This document shows, one piece after another, positions 12,001 to 17,294 of a DNA stretch of 20,000 nt. The notes under the pieces were generated by a model. That model searched no databases and was not told the DNA's origin. It saw only the letters and a program-made list of their open reading frames with translations. The stretch covers positions 46,344 through 66,343 of the forward strand of contig JAVECO010000129.1 in assembly GCA_051942205.1 (NCBI GenBank), read 5' to 3'. The translations under genes and the position numbers were made by a program. Position 1 is the first letter of the stretch. Every line of letters begins with the position of its first letter. The DNA is from Coniocarpon cinnabarinum (Eukaryota).

Positions 12001-12762
12001 CTCTTCAGGCGGGGCTTCTTCAGCAGAAGCAGCTACGAGATGGGGTTCTGCTCCAATTACGATGGGTGTGCCTGGTCGTACGCCCGGTTGGTAGCCTACC
12101 GATTCACCTTGATCTCCGTAGTAGTCTGCAGCTTCGCCATGAGGATTTGAAGCCGACTGATAGGGTTTGACTTCATGCGTTAGGCCTTGGTTCGAAGGTC
12201 GATTTGATTGTTCCGGCTGCAGCTGCGACCAATGTGACTGAGATGCATCCTGACTGGGTGCATCATGAAGAGGCGGCTGTGAAGCATTTGCTAGTTGCGC
12301 CTCTTCATCATCCTCAAGGGCGCGCCTGGCGACTCTTCTTCGCCCGCTAACAGCGCGCGCTTGAGAGACCGTATCTTGATCAAATGTGGTTTGCGCTGAG
12401 CGCTCTGGTGTTCTCCTCTTCAAGTTACGATCGTTGGCATTTGTAGCTTCATTGGCGAAGCTCCGGTTGGCCGAAGGCTTTTCGCTGGACCGCAAATCCT
12501 CGCTTTCTCTCCGCGACAATTTCGAGGGCAACGAACGCCTGGAAGCGGTCGATTCTGGGGGTGAGTATTGTGTTCGGGAGCTGCGCTCCTCTCTCATGCC
12601 TCGAGATTGTCGTTTTGAGCGTTCGCGATCTTCGTCTCGTTCTCTTCGGGATGATGAACCGCTGATGGTCGATTCGGTCCGTCCCGAAGACCTTGTAGAG
12701 TCATCCTTGCGCCGACTAGAACCAGACGCGCTATCGCGCTTGCTATCTTTTCGTCGGAACAT
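1..12762 (-). CDS. lah: Giant (>=4254 aa, 3'-truncated by window edge) acidic, intrinsically disordered repeat protein; leashin/Lah (Woronin body tether)-like 'involucrin repeat protein'
   Basis: ATG at 12762 (MFRRKDSKRDSASG...) with an in-frame TGA just upstream at 12766-12768. Every segment I translated in this frame is stop-free, and no minus-strand ORF in the track uses this frame, as expected for one ORF with no stop in the window. It contains blocks I recognise from Pezizomycotina leashin-type proteins: GEAADYYGDQGESVGYQPGVRP (~12075-12140), FIAWWNDYEDVRKMEDYTEYIGICKYCFD (~11490-11580), EEDGWESASEG..SDLAFG (~10395-10460), PRLQVIAPTPP (~9020-9055), TAIPLRFKKPP...EYRPLYLVER...LPSLPSS (~5920-6150). 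It also has many Lys-rich clusters in an acidic background. The ORF itself is well supported; the lah name is from recalled motifs. Confidence 0.72.
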   Translation of the reverse strand, partial: MFRRKDSKRDSASGSSRRKDDSTRSSGRTESTISGSSSRRERDEDRERSKRQSRGMREERSSRTQYSPPESTASRRSLPSKLSRRESEDLRSSEKPSANRSFANEATNANDRNLKRRTPERSAQTTFDQDTVSQARAVSGRRRVARRALEDDEEAQLANASQPPLHDAPSQDASQSHWSQLQPEQSNRPSNQGLTHEVKPYQSASNPHGEAADYYGDQGESVGYQPGVRPGTPIVIGAEPHLVAASAEEAPPEETGHGAAAEFFNSSTADYPASSSVGGQPLQVISPRISPATSPAPSRPSRPSKPPKKYSSSGLVGAAAAATAGSALLSQSHISQSSTHFNSTSQSDARPPESSAAPVPQHLYAPSRPPLPNNHSTYDHEQYAIEEGNKGAFSSFIAWWNDYEDVRKMEDYTEYIGICKYCFDRNSSSRQAPRTHHPRKMRSRESFENIRVDKQRRYQSQLKEPSHRHNKRNASWLGAGLGAYGVAKFFGAGSDSESSSDGAKRRRRHASEGLARRRSREQMQAVAGASSIPRVRRSQSEQVSSIPGDSSLSLGRSERDVALLATGGVAAGSSPRNDRDARVKHRDSQADTRLAPDASIRETFEYGRHRPGPAPGNRHEAPYLHSIETERRRGRNSSPSSPSSSSATSDNAGFFDRMFGTPKKSHRKRKTRVYRSHSSSSSEGNRDHVPSRSQKEQRERRFKHSDRPRRSSDERAKIALAGLGTAAAALAAHEAGKDRNAVRSSKRTNHHGLAPPPGHHSRPSAIQEEDGWESASEGENSDSSDLAFGAEHSHAHSSTKSLSSPHSDRATEQWNWRWDPSQGRIPSQREPSQVDPFTQVQPPIERPLQSTLRRASSEPLQVQEPLMDAATTNQVPGIDQSAIPSPKPIIRSKTEEVPLKQPQPRQPAQIPSVGGEAPPGPVRRISFADAPIIPRRVRGTDGEARSPASEYPPRHPAEEAKLSQTEPRKTIRKSPLPSPRSTSEDEEEQAAAPRDSQERPAGYNDVERSSSAGKVAAAAVAATAATSLMGAAMSERHQEQGDLGSVRRKDVKRSDYDHHVEAAPTQSHTAQIPEQPQTSRVAEAVTPFPKLPGYEAESKTYHNDDVSQAPRRGSPPSPTFALQSSSSFQVRRPATAHDSSDDEDKDHEKFQPDFFKKRRQARENARNDKETAEVLHDWRDKYTQGSSSSASDFWRPKELRDDDQNVYSKISNPDPDDIDAGHFSDTGRPSLPSHMVPRLQVIAPTPPRSESRASQRASLPSPRRFESQSQDDNSPEPSRNAHEHSESNVSRTSLHRRPNPPSKEIDSRAQSWQASEDFEDYAASVPSSRHSEGSFPNVKSQETFQEPEAVSATTWNERRDVREQDDARIEATDSHDDRPIARELRHSQGASLADQAQYNNAEISRAPDAQSKLENADTQPKLRDDVAAHGQKGDLNEHPPASETVANGRGVPPSKNQSRWASLAMAIGGSLRSSDAEQNSEKSESKRQDDQATSNDLRELEDESKRVGASSRPADDYEASQNVGDTAGTASKTSRTGSNGVEVPGPSMPGAFETFDTSLRYDKIESPHADEKREDRQPGPASAATDEWSTSDKYSKNSKRSKKQDKRVSWEAEDKVYEPLVEDSESQRAEDGRSNIDLEDASASNEIAVSAGSGDADKPSAVHANEEWSTPVSTKKSKKGKKQQSRTVTFEEPWEAEQPAQREPEDEVETGSAFDGRSSAFDEAESGFGPRSDTTVDSWDLPGSKKSKKGKKQKPASLTFDDVDKPSQPAQVESIQNDASQQLSYASREASAPLSRPEPVEDQWDMSTSKKSKKAKKQKNQYAAFDDDSMGTDLPTPAKQEENQHAGFESDNRPQDINRDEPVPEARSDPVDEEWAMPTSKKSKKEKKKQKSRSVTFDDDDAEPSQQHQREQRGFAGFSLDETPQSFSSTYKNISDVANKDESGPVDELPVSQGLSKKERKKQKKKAQRSSWDEPIGEGDDDRTASFRGTSASRHEDFLQDDSGTGSQYLVDKVNLSHRWWGENSLENTFDLQKEQDDTMRTMRTLPDDSHSNANGQDQENQREVQERERSPLAEQDLAESGLRGSEILTRDHSQDAHLPQSYPSTNVQETGDSPTGLRIHNVEFPEDHHQMQQPVGTPRSSNRDINSFGDGVGPFEPADLPNFGTSPETDQDRSSPDESSKRQSWMSVGSSSAPQTPQLPRTPSKTAIPLRFKKPPDSPSFPRHFDAQTPTENRTVSPTSTNRPRPSSRPISGEYRPLYLVERNSKTLEPQEMLPSLPSSNSDSRAPSIHSMSDKDAYESALESPDIPPSVQSDYFVPAVSHADTGGFEHDYLGSGQTTPRATTASPVEPSNQADFFESARADDQMRSMEEGVLGETQDRIEMVSKHGQSGSATSMGTIIAGAAAMTGAAAALQLQDKLSLRERVDFPLAQSEKLERNDAGKNVTEDAFQDRRLSLAEEGHSNWFASEDDDLTAGTAYIEDVEELSQNPASHLANSDNLTSQTSRRDHLFHEVLTGTPEGSSSAEGPEAFQLKTPDGELPVKSLENYSLENASAYVFEGSTASDADSEASPKTVPHATQEEMMAATPDEVVAEKFIEEAPGHVPQDKTAKVDQNEPEAALHEQTNDVNTADLHEKQVRPESSNSFVEGVAEPSSEQAARTDFREAAAGTANKLGKRDIQDYSQDNGQAVVGNELANSTQASLENTSTNVFAEASGESALKMSPEKIASPSSKAIDEEIFEGDREVIVEEVPFINGPKSKADRKREKKARKSKSRQQDGAIEQPPQEEIAQEAPENLSKNVDVKSENGDLEESPVFPFQYKSKADRKREKKARKSQRPDTFSEAATGGDDEKLAEDIIDPVPGGAITETMKCQALEQAPKGEFEEDLDRHVVSVPRSHELQVAQTQDEEPVQVDSQQIRDRDVEAAPQTVASESVKPENLVEHPEGGFEKGLSSTAKAAPQADTSELAETQGLEEVHEGDFEEDPDTNVVTAPQLAVPEFEGPRVTQEDGADDIHKILDVNVEAAPQIAHIETAEAGATAETLKDHSQKSLERNDEPAPRSVLTETPQTPQTTKTTETAWLQGVNEVPENYPESNLGSDAGAAPEITVSEATEPQALGKVSEDTQASLDRGLNVVPENILSESTDARLSEINDDEVPDQIDEEALRQLDEITEKVAEEDLESYTQPKSKAERKREKKARKKKSGQGESVTEEAPQESSNNAFENRENSLQRDIDQSSGNIINGNVLDNENQTPGKEFERDTKGDIEISPRLDKDTSGVDDEPSELFQLPKSAAERKKDKKARKQRSKNVEEIVPGEPSENLEGGALLSVERGGPEASEEITQVAHNEPLAGSKTGIPFQDSGGALTNIIEPSQKAEDENAQGDEEDSVSNIAVKSKADRKREKKARKSKGKQLQTVGEPPTKDDVVPEAKVDESQENVQDTAPNLDNEGLSIATDQVSNTAPEQDLHSSLEEADEQRLETANEATSWIDKPKSKAELKREKKARKSKSGEVESNEKTPNDITEDDTSAFDQKDSDRQAQEPEAEFLEELPEKHSEAPVPDALPKVDEEVGTSVEQASVAALPKSKAERKREKKARKAKSKPLDLDAEEPEKPIGEPVKDAAAESSAKDIDSASRTTVDQETEDPGNAYSGGVDETDPSWPDIPRSKADLKREKKARKSKGKQAQYETAFAASTGSEEKAYSIEGKAAPAQASPKTFDTRDVHDMEQNAEGVDHQAQLETQAPGKRAEASQPTVPADRGLSRRATNDTSKPPPTAIRDEFPQELHSPEQDSSRLARSLDRGESTAAHDAGSQDLEGGPQESSQESRLPYERWNSNPQEQEDEAGNSTSRAETDYEEPQEAASESTQRPQLQLAGQNRTSLHSDQGQHSDEFKHAQTALAAGDVPALEQSDVPVAHRSPDNDLPALFSPGRRQLSEEATETIDNIPERVEDMLKRIEDTPETPDDDALDPAAETPTPRNQGMPGAFDDNPEIFEDTPIYGSSMPQITIQEMSEPVKEKQNPFDDTDTPVNDSTTKIPPSAVQETTEPIEESTEPMEDIPERVEAMLNRIEEMPGTDSEDTSRSPDDEEMAEPIEEKQNPFDEHTPVSYFYQQTPQQISAEKSPELAEDMQESMEDLPERVEDMLERIGEIPEHDNEAMAQMDEDEDLPGDEDVPEPNGDASMVATGQKRHSYEDETSKPEPELGSFRDTFGLEAIEDAPQLAPAERITKGSAGILDTTEDVSLPSREEQPQPIDNR
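316..951 (-). repeat. Three dispersed copies of a ~21-aa coding repeat E-x-[MI]-[ED]-[DN]-[IL]-PERVE-[DA]-ML-x-RI-x-[ED]-x-P
   Basis: Translations in the giant ORF frame: ETIDNIPERVEDMLKRIEDTP (889-951), EPMEDIPERVEAMLNRIEEMP (550-612), ESMEDLPERVEDMLERIGEIP (316-378). Confidence 0.9.
1720..4509 (-). repeat. Eight dispersed copies of basic coding repeat (P)[KR]S[KA]A[DE][RL]K[RK][ED]KKARK
   Basis: Copies at approximately 1720-1788, 1963-2022, 2239-2304, 2530-2586, 2842-2910, 3154-3216, 4261-4320 and 4441-4509, e.g. PKSKAERKREKKARKAKSK and PKSKADRKREKKARKSKS. Confidence 0.92.
3450..4030 (-). repeat. Degenerate 99-bp (33-aa) tandem repeat within the giant ORF
   Basis: The anchor GGAGC (+ strand; encodes A-P on the - strand, mostly APQ) recurs at 3587, 3686, 3785, 3884 and 3983, exactly 99 bp apart, with a further copy at 3452. 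Flanks such as ctcagatg..cggyctgtggagcygcc are shared between neighbouring units. Confidence 0.65.
6841..8007 (-). repeat. Five to six copies of acidic-Trp/Lys-rich coding repeat [DE]-x-W-x(4-6)-SKKSKK-x-KKQ
   Basis: DEWSTSDKYSKNSKRSKKQ (7942-8007), EEWSTPVSTKKSKKGKKQQ (7705-7770), DSWDLPGSKKSKKGKKQK (7501-7554), EDQWDMSTSKKSKKAKKQK (7300-7362), DEEWAMPTSKKSKKEKKKQK (7084-7149), and degenerate SKKERKKQKKKAQRSSWDE (6841-6900). Confidence 0.88.
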
Positions 12763-13448
12763 TTCTCAATATATTCGATGTTCACTCAATCTTAAGAAGC
12801 ATTGCGCATTGTATGAGGAACTTTTTATTTCTCCTGAGAAGATCGTAGATGGCGCACGCAGATGAGCTTTGCAGAGCTACGCGAATTATCAAATCAAGGG
12901 TGGAAATGAAGTGGGTATCAGTCGTAATACGTCGTAAGGTCGTTATTGATTATATGAGCGATAAGAGAAAAGCAAGATATACAATGCGATGGATGGACCA
13001 CCTAGATTATCCGACGTATGAGATGCAAACCGAACGAAGGAAACCAAGCTCGATTCTTGGAGACGGATAGCCTTGTCATAACTCGACGCTAGTGCTATAT
13101 AACGTGGCGGGTGCTAAATGGCTTGGCATTTATGCCCAACTGGCAGGGTAGCTGTATTTCTGTGTTATTCCGTTCAGGTAAAATCGCTCGCGATATCGAC
13201 ACAGACGACGACGTGAAAGTCGGCAGATTTTGAAATCATGGTATTCTATGCTCACGGCACTGCTAGCTGTGGGTATCTATGGTAAATGTTCTCGTTAAAA
13301 GAAACGCCCTGAAATCGCGAACGGTATAGCATTGGAGCCACCCCAAATTGGAACTACGCCTGCGCTATGCTTCCTCAATCCTGGTCAACACATGGACTAT
13401 GCGCGTCATCAAATTGATTTTGAAGATGCTCGATGTCATCACAAATAA

Positions 13449-14345
13449 TCAGTGAATGCCGGCCTGCTGTCGAATGGCCATAAGCTGTGCGCGTACATTT
13501 GGCTGCATTGCATCAATCTGTTGCTGGGTCATTGACAAAATCTGACGCATGGCGTCCTGCTGAGCGTTACTTTGTTGCATCGGAGCAGCGGCCTGAGGAG
13601 GGGGATACTGCTGCTGAGGAGGGACGGGCGGCGTTGCTGTGGGCATTTGCTGGAATTGTGGCTGCTGGACTTGCGGCATTGCTTGCTGAGGCACAGGAGC
13701 GGGAGTCATCTGTGGTACCGGTTGCTGTTGCTGCTGTTGTGCCTGCTGCGCCTGAACCACAACCTGCGAGAGGACGTTTGTATCCACAAGACCGAGTAGT
13801 AAAAGTGACTGGAAGATAGCATATGAGAATTGCGGAGCTTCTGCCAACATGTGTGTGACTTGATTAGGGTCTGAATCCACGACGCTTTTCAGCTGGGACA
13901 GCATGTCAAGCAACTGCGGGGGCGGCATGGCATTGAGAGTCTTTGAAATGGCGTCTGGACAAGAGATCCCCGGTGGGAGATTTTCGCCAGGGGGCAGAGA
14001 GGGAAAAGCATTTGTTTGCGCACTGGAAGCGCCGTTCGCGCCAGATCCATTACCATTTTCTGGTCTCTCCTCCTTGCTCGGACCATCGTTTGACCAATCT
14101 ACCCGCAGGTGTCTCCCCATCGTCTCATAGTTGTTCAGATTACGCACCGCTGATGCGGCGGCATCATTGTCCGAGAACTCAGCGAAGCCGTACCCACGAG
14201 GTCGCCCAGTATCTTTGTCGTACACCAGTCGAAAATTCAACACCTGTCCAGCTTGGCTTAAGACGTGGATGATCTGCTCTTCAGTGAGGCCATAGGGAAT
14301 ATTTCCCACGAAAACGGTATGCTCTTTGATCTGTGCAGTCACCAT
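13449..14345 (-). CDS. RNA15: mRNA 3'-end processing factor Rna15 / CstF-64 (RRM, hinge, Q/P-rich linker, C-terminal domain), intronless, 298 aa
   Basis: RNP2 VFVGNIPY and RNP1 RGYGFAEF; hinge CPDAISKTLNAMPPPQLLDMLSQLK...APQFSYAIFQSLLLLGLVD; C-terminal ILSMTQQQIDAMQPNVRAQLMAIRQQ. The start context CACC-ATG-G is favourable. Confidence 0.95.
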   Translation of the reverse strand: MVTAQIKEHTVFVGNIPYGLTEEQIIHVLSQAGQVLNFRLVYDKDTGRPRGYGFAEFSDNDAAASAVRNLNNYETMGRHLRVDWSNDGPSKEERPENGNGSGANGASSAQTNAFPSLPPGENLPPGISCPDAISKTLNAMPPPQLLDMLSQLKSVVDSDPNQVTHMLAEAPQFSYAIFQSLLLLGLVDTNVLSQVVVQAQQAQQQQQQPVPQMTPAPVPQQAMPQVQQPQFQQMPTATPPVPPQQQYPPPQAAAPMQQSNAQQDAMRQILSMTQQQIDAMQPNVRAQLMAIRQQAGIH

Positions 14346-14654
14346 GGTGTAGTACCTACCAAGCGAGTGAATGTATTATCATTAAGACCGTGTTGAATCT
14401 TTCGAGCGATAACTTTTGCTCAAGGCCGGTACCGGTAGTTGAGGTTGGAGAGAATGATCGTTTTTCGCTCTTTGACAGATGGCTAACACGGACACTAAGA
14501 ATTACTTCTTTAGGAGATTTGACGCTATAGCGCGTTTAGCTCGCTTGGGGATGTAAGGCCCAAGGCCTGTGCTCAAGAGGACGACTCCATAAAGCAGACC
14601 ATCTACACGAGTCGACGTCTGCAAGCACAGCCAAGTCCGGTCTTCGTACCAAAA
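14346..14654. promoter_or_regulatory. 309-bp divergent (bidirectional) promoter/5'UTR region between RNA15 and PHB2, containing the palindrome CCGGTACCGG at 14426-14435
   Basis: Head-to-head ATGs at 14345 (-) and 14655 (+); the perfect 10-bp palindrome was read directly from the sequence. Confidence 0.6.
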
Positions 14655-15787
14655 ATGGGTCAAAATCCGCAGGAGGCCTTTCGCAGGCTTCAACAGACTC
14701 TCCAACGCGGGCAGAAGAGATTCGGTGCTGGTGGCGGCGGAGGAGGTCGAGGCGGTTTGGGAGCTGTTGCCAGTGTGGTCCTGCTCGGCGGTGCTGCGTG
14801 GACATTCAATAATGCTCTCTTTAACGGTATTGAGATGTGAGGCGCACGAGACTTTGAATGGTTGTACTGACAATTGCGTTCGCAGTTGATGGTGGCCACC
14901 GCGCAGTCAAATACACTAGGCTAGGAGGTGTTCAGCAACAAATATACCATGAAGGTATGTGGATGTACTTGGAAATTGAGGCTCGAGACTTCTCTTCTGC
15001 TGTATCGAGCATCATCAATGACAAACAGCAAGTGCTAACTGATACGTGAAGGTACTCATCTCATGGTGCCATGGTTCGAGACACCTATCACATACGACGT
15101 CCGCGCAAAGCCCCGAAATATCGCCTCTCTTACTGGTACAAAAGACTTGCAGATGGTTAACATTACCTGTCGTGTCCTCTCGAGGCCTCGAGTCGACGCG
15201 CTTCCGCAAATATACCGCACCCTTGGCACAGATTTCGATGAACGAGTGCTCCCGTCGATTGTGAACGAAGTCTTGAAAAGCGTCGTGGCGCAATTTAATG
15301 CAAGTCAGTTGATTACACAACGTGAGAGCGTATCAAGATTAGTGCGAGACAATCTCGTGCGAAGAGCAGCAAGATTTAACATCATACTTGATGATGTATC
15401 GTTGACGGTAAGCAACACAAGGATTTGTGGAATGCGAAAGCCATCAATTGACTTTGCGAATAGCACACCGCCTTCTCACAAGAATTCACAGCAGCCGTCG
15501 AAGCCAAGCAAGTGGCACAGCAAGACGCCCAACGAGCAGCCTTTGTCGTGGACAAAGCACGGCAAGAAAAGCAAGCCACGGTGGTTCGCGCTCAGGGTGA
15601 GGCCAAATCGGCTGAACTCATTGGTGATGCGATCAAGAAATCCAGAAGCTACGTATCGCTCCGAGAGTTTGAGAACGCTAGAGCCGTTGCCAGCATCTTG
15701 GAGAAGAGTCGAAACAAGGTTTACCTGAACGCAGACGCGCTAGGTCTGAACGTTGGCAGCGATAACACAGGTAAGGGCGGGCAATAA
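14655..15787 (+). CDS. PHB2: Prohibitin-2 (mitochondrial SPFH/band-7 protein), 4 exons: 14655-14826, 14886-14954, 15052-15407, 15464-15787; 306 aa
   Basis: The spliced product reads MGQNPQEAF...[21 protein letters not shown]...[47 protein letters not shown]...[44 protein letters not shown]. Introns are GT..AG of 59, 97 and 56 nt with branch sites ACTGAC, GCTAAC and ATTGAC. Exon total is 921 nt, a multiple of 3. The Gly-rich N-terminus and ARQEKQA motif favour PHB2 over PHB1. Confidence 0.95.
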
Positions 15788-16276
15788 GTCGATTGAGTCG
15801 TTCTGGCATTGTACATATAGCATGGTGCTGGAGGGTCAGGACAGATCTTCGCCACTTAGCATGTTTTAAAATTTCGACAGAGCGCTGCCTTTGAAACTTG
15901 GGACTCATCTAGTTGCCCCCTCTCAACACATCTTGAGATCGGTCGGGCTTTACCTGGTTGCTGAGCACGCTCATCCAATGAGCCAGCCTAACGTTTGCAT
16001 CGATGTCTGGATGACAGCATCTAATCGCCTATGTCCGTCGTCTGACCGCGGAGGGGCAAAGTCCTTCCAATCGCTTGCTGCCTTTGTTCGCAAACCCATT
16101 CCACCTGTTGCACGCTGCTTGGTACTTCTCCTTTACTGATAGAACCAGTACGCTCCAATCATAACCATTTCATTGTCTTGACACGCGAACAAACTTGCAG
16201 CGACTCCCATCAGCCGCTTCGCACCACCCCACCACTACGAAACGTCTCAAGGAAGAACATACAGCCCACCACAACC

Positions 16277-16639
16277 ATGCAAATCAAGTGCGTCCACTTT
16301 CCTCCCTTCTGAAAGCCTTAAATACATAGAATTGACACCATAAATCCTCCTACTCCTGTTGTGCGCAACGCACATCATGTGAACCCAAGGCGCTAATCAA
16401 AGACTAGAGTCCGCACCCTCACGGGCAAAGAAATCGAACTCGACATCGAAGACACATACACGGTGACCGACATCAAAGAGCGCGTCGAAGAGAAAGAGGG
16501 CATCCCACCGGTACAACAGCGTTTGATTTACGGCGGGAAGCAGATGGCGGACGAGAAGACGGCGAGTGAATATAAGTTGGAAGGAGGCGCGACGTTGCAT
16601 TTGGTGTTGGCGTTGAGAGGAGGTAGATCGGCTTGGTGA
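16277..16639 (+). CDS. NEDD8: Ubiquitin-like modifier NEDD8/Rub1 precursor, 2 exons: 16277-16287, 16408-16639; 80 aa
   Basis: Spliced: [80 protein letters not shown]. Ala72 (LALRGG) and [16 protein letters not shown] distinguish NEDD8 from ubiquitin. The 120-nt intron reads GTGCGT...GCTAAT...TAG. The gene is missing from the ORF track because of the 11-nt first exon. Confidence 0.96.
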
Positions 16640-16946
16640 GAGGAATGTGACGTTGAAGAATATGAAGGTGAAACTGGAGATGGCGCTGAGGGGTGAGATG
16701 GATGAGCTGAGACCGGACGCGAGCGTGTCCTGAAACGGGTGGTTGTGGTACGAAGAAAGGCAGAGTTGCGACGAAGTGGGGAAGGTCGTGCGTTGTCGTG
16801 AACGTCGATGAGCAATGAACGTCAATGGCAGCACGGCGCTATATGTGCCTAGCACAGCATTACGCGAAGGGGGCCCACGCTACTAAGCGAATAGATTTTG
16901 AGGATCGAACAGCTCCGAGTTGAATCAGAACCTCAAACAGAATCCG

Positions 16947-16952
16947 AATAAA
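16947..16952 (+). terminator. Candidate polyadenylation signal (AATAAA) for NEDD8
   Basis: AATAAA lies ~310 nt downstream of the NEDD8 stop, in the convergent intergenic region. Fungal poly(A) signals are degenerate, so this is tentative. Confidence 0.3.
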
Positions 16953-17294
16953 TTACTCTTCACAATCTGACTTCGGCGCAGCCACTGCTGCTGCAGTGAC
17001 CTGAGACAACTATCACATTAAAGCATGTGCACGTGGATCGTCATCCACAAGTGGGTACGCCGTGGCGTTTGAATGTATCATTATTCTCTGTGAACCGTTC
17101 CCAGGGACCGTCAAGTGTAATGTACAGGTCTTCATAGTCATGTCCCAATGTAGTTGCCACCAACACCATGCTTCAAAATTCAGTTCGTCCCAAGTATATC
17201 ATCCGTGCCATCGTAAAGTCCTTCCGCGTATGCTATGCTCGTCCAATTCCACTTAATGTCATTCCATCTCCAATTGTTGAATCATTTCGCAAGC

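Noticed and set aside
240..12865. Dozens of 60-190 aa ORFs on the + strand and in an alternative - frame
   Set aside because: They are antisense or off-frame shadows of the giant ORF. Their repeated 'LRAFFSR' strings are simply the reverse complement of the REKKARK repeats.
12849..13070. 73-aa + strand ORF in the lah promoter region
   Set aside because: No recognisable motif or coding-like composition; probably chance.
14955..15051. Longer PHB2 intron 2 as possible snoRNA host or nested intron (stwintron)
   Set aside because: There is no convincing C box (RTGATGA)/D box pair and no nested donor regenerated by an inner splice. It is an ordinary GTATGT...GCTAAC...AAG intron.
15063..15787. Two overlapping ORFs suggesting a frameshift or pseudogene in prohibitin
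   Set aside because: Fully explained by the 56-nt intron at 15408-15463.
16288..16407. 120-nt NEDD8 intron with internal TAG and a short TGTGCG/CGCACA inverted repeat
   Set aside because: No second valid donor or microexon is needed, the protein is complete with one splice, and the hairpin is too short to be significant.
16397..16855. 152-aa and 95-aa minus-strand ORFs
   Set aside because: They are antisense shadows of NEDD8 and its 3'UTR, a common artefact over ubiquitin-family genes.
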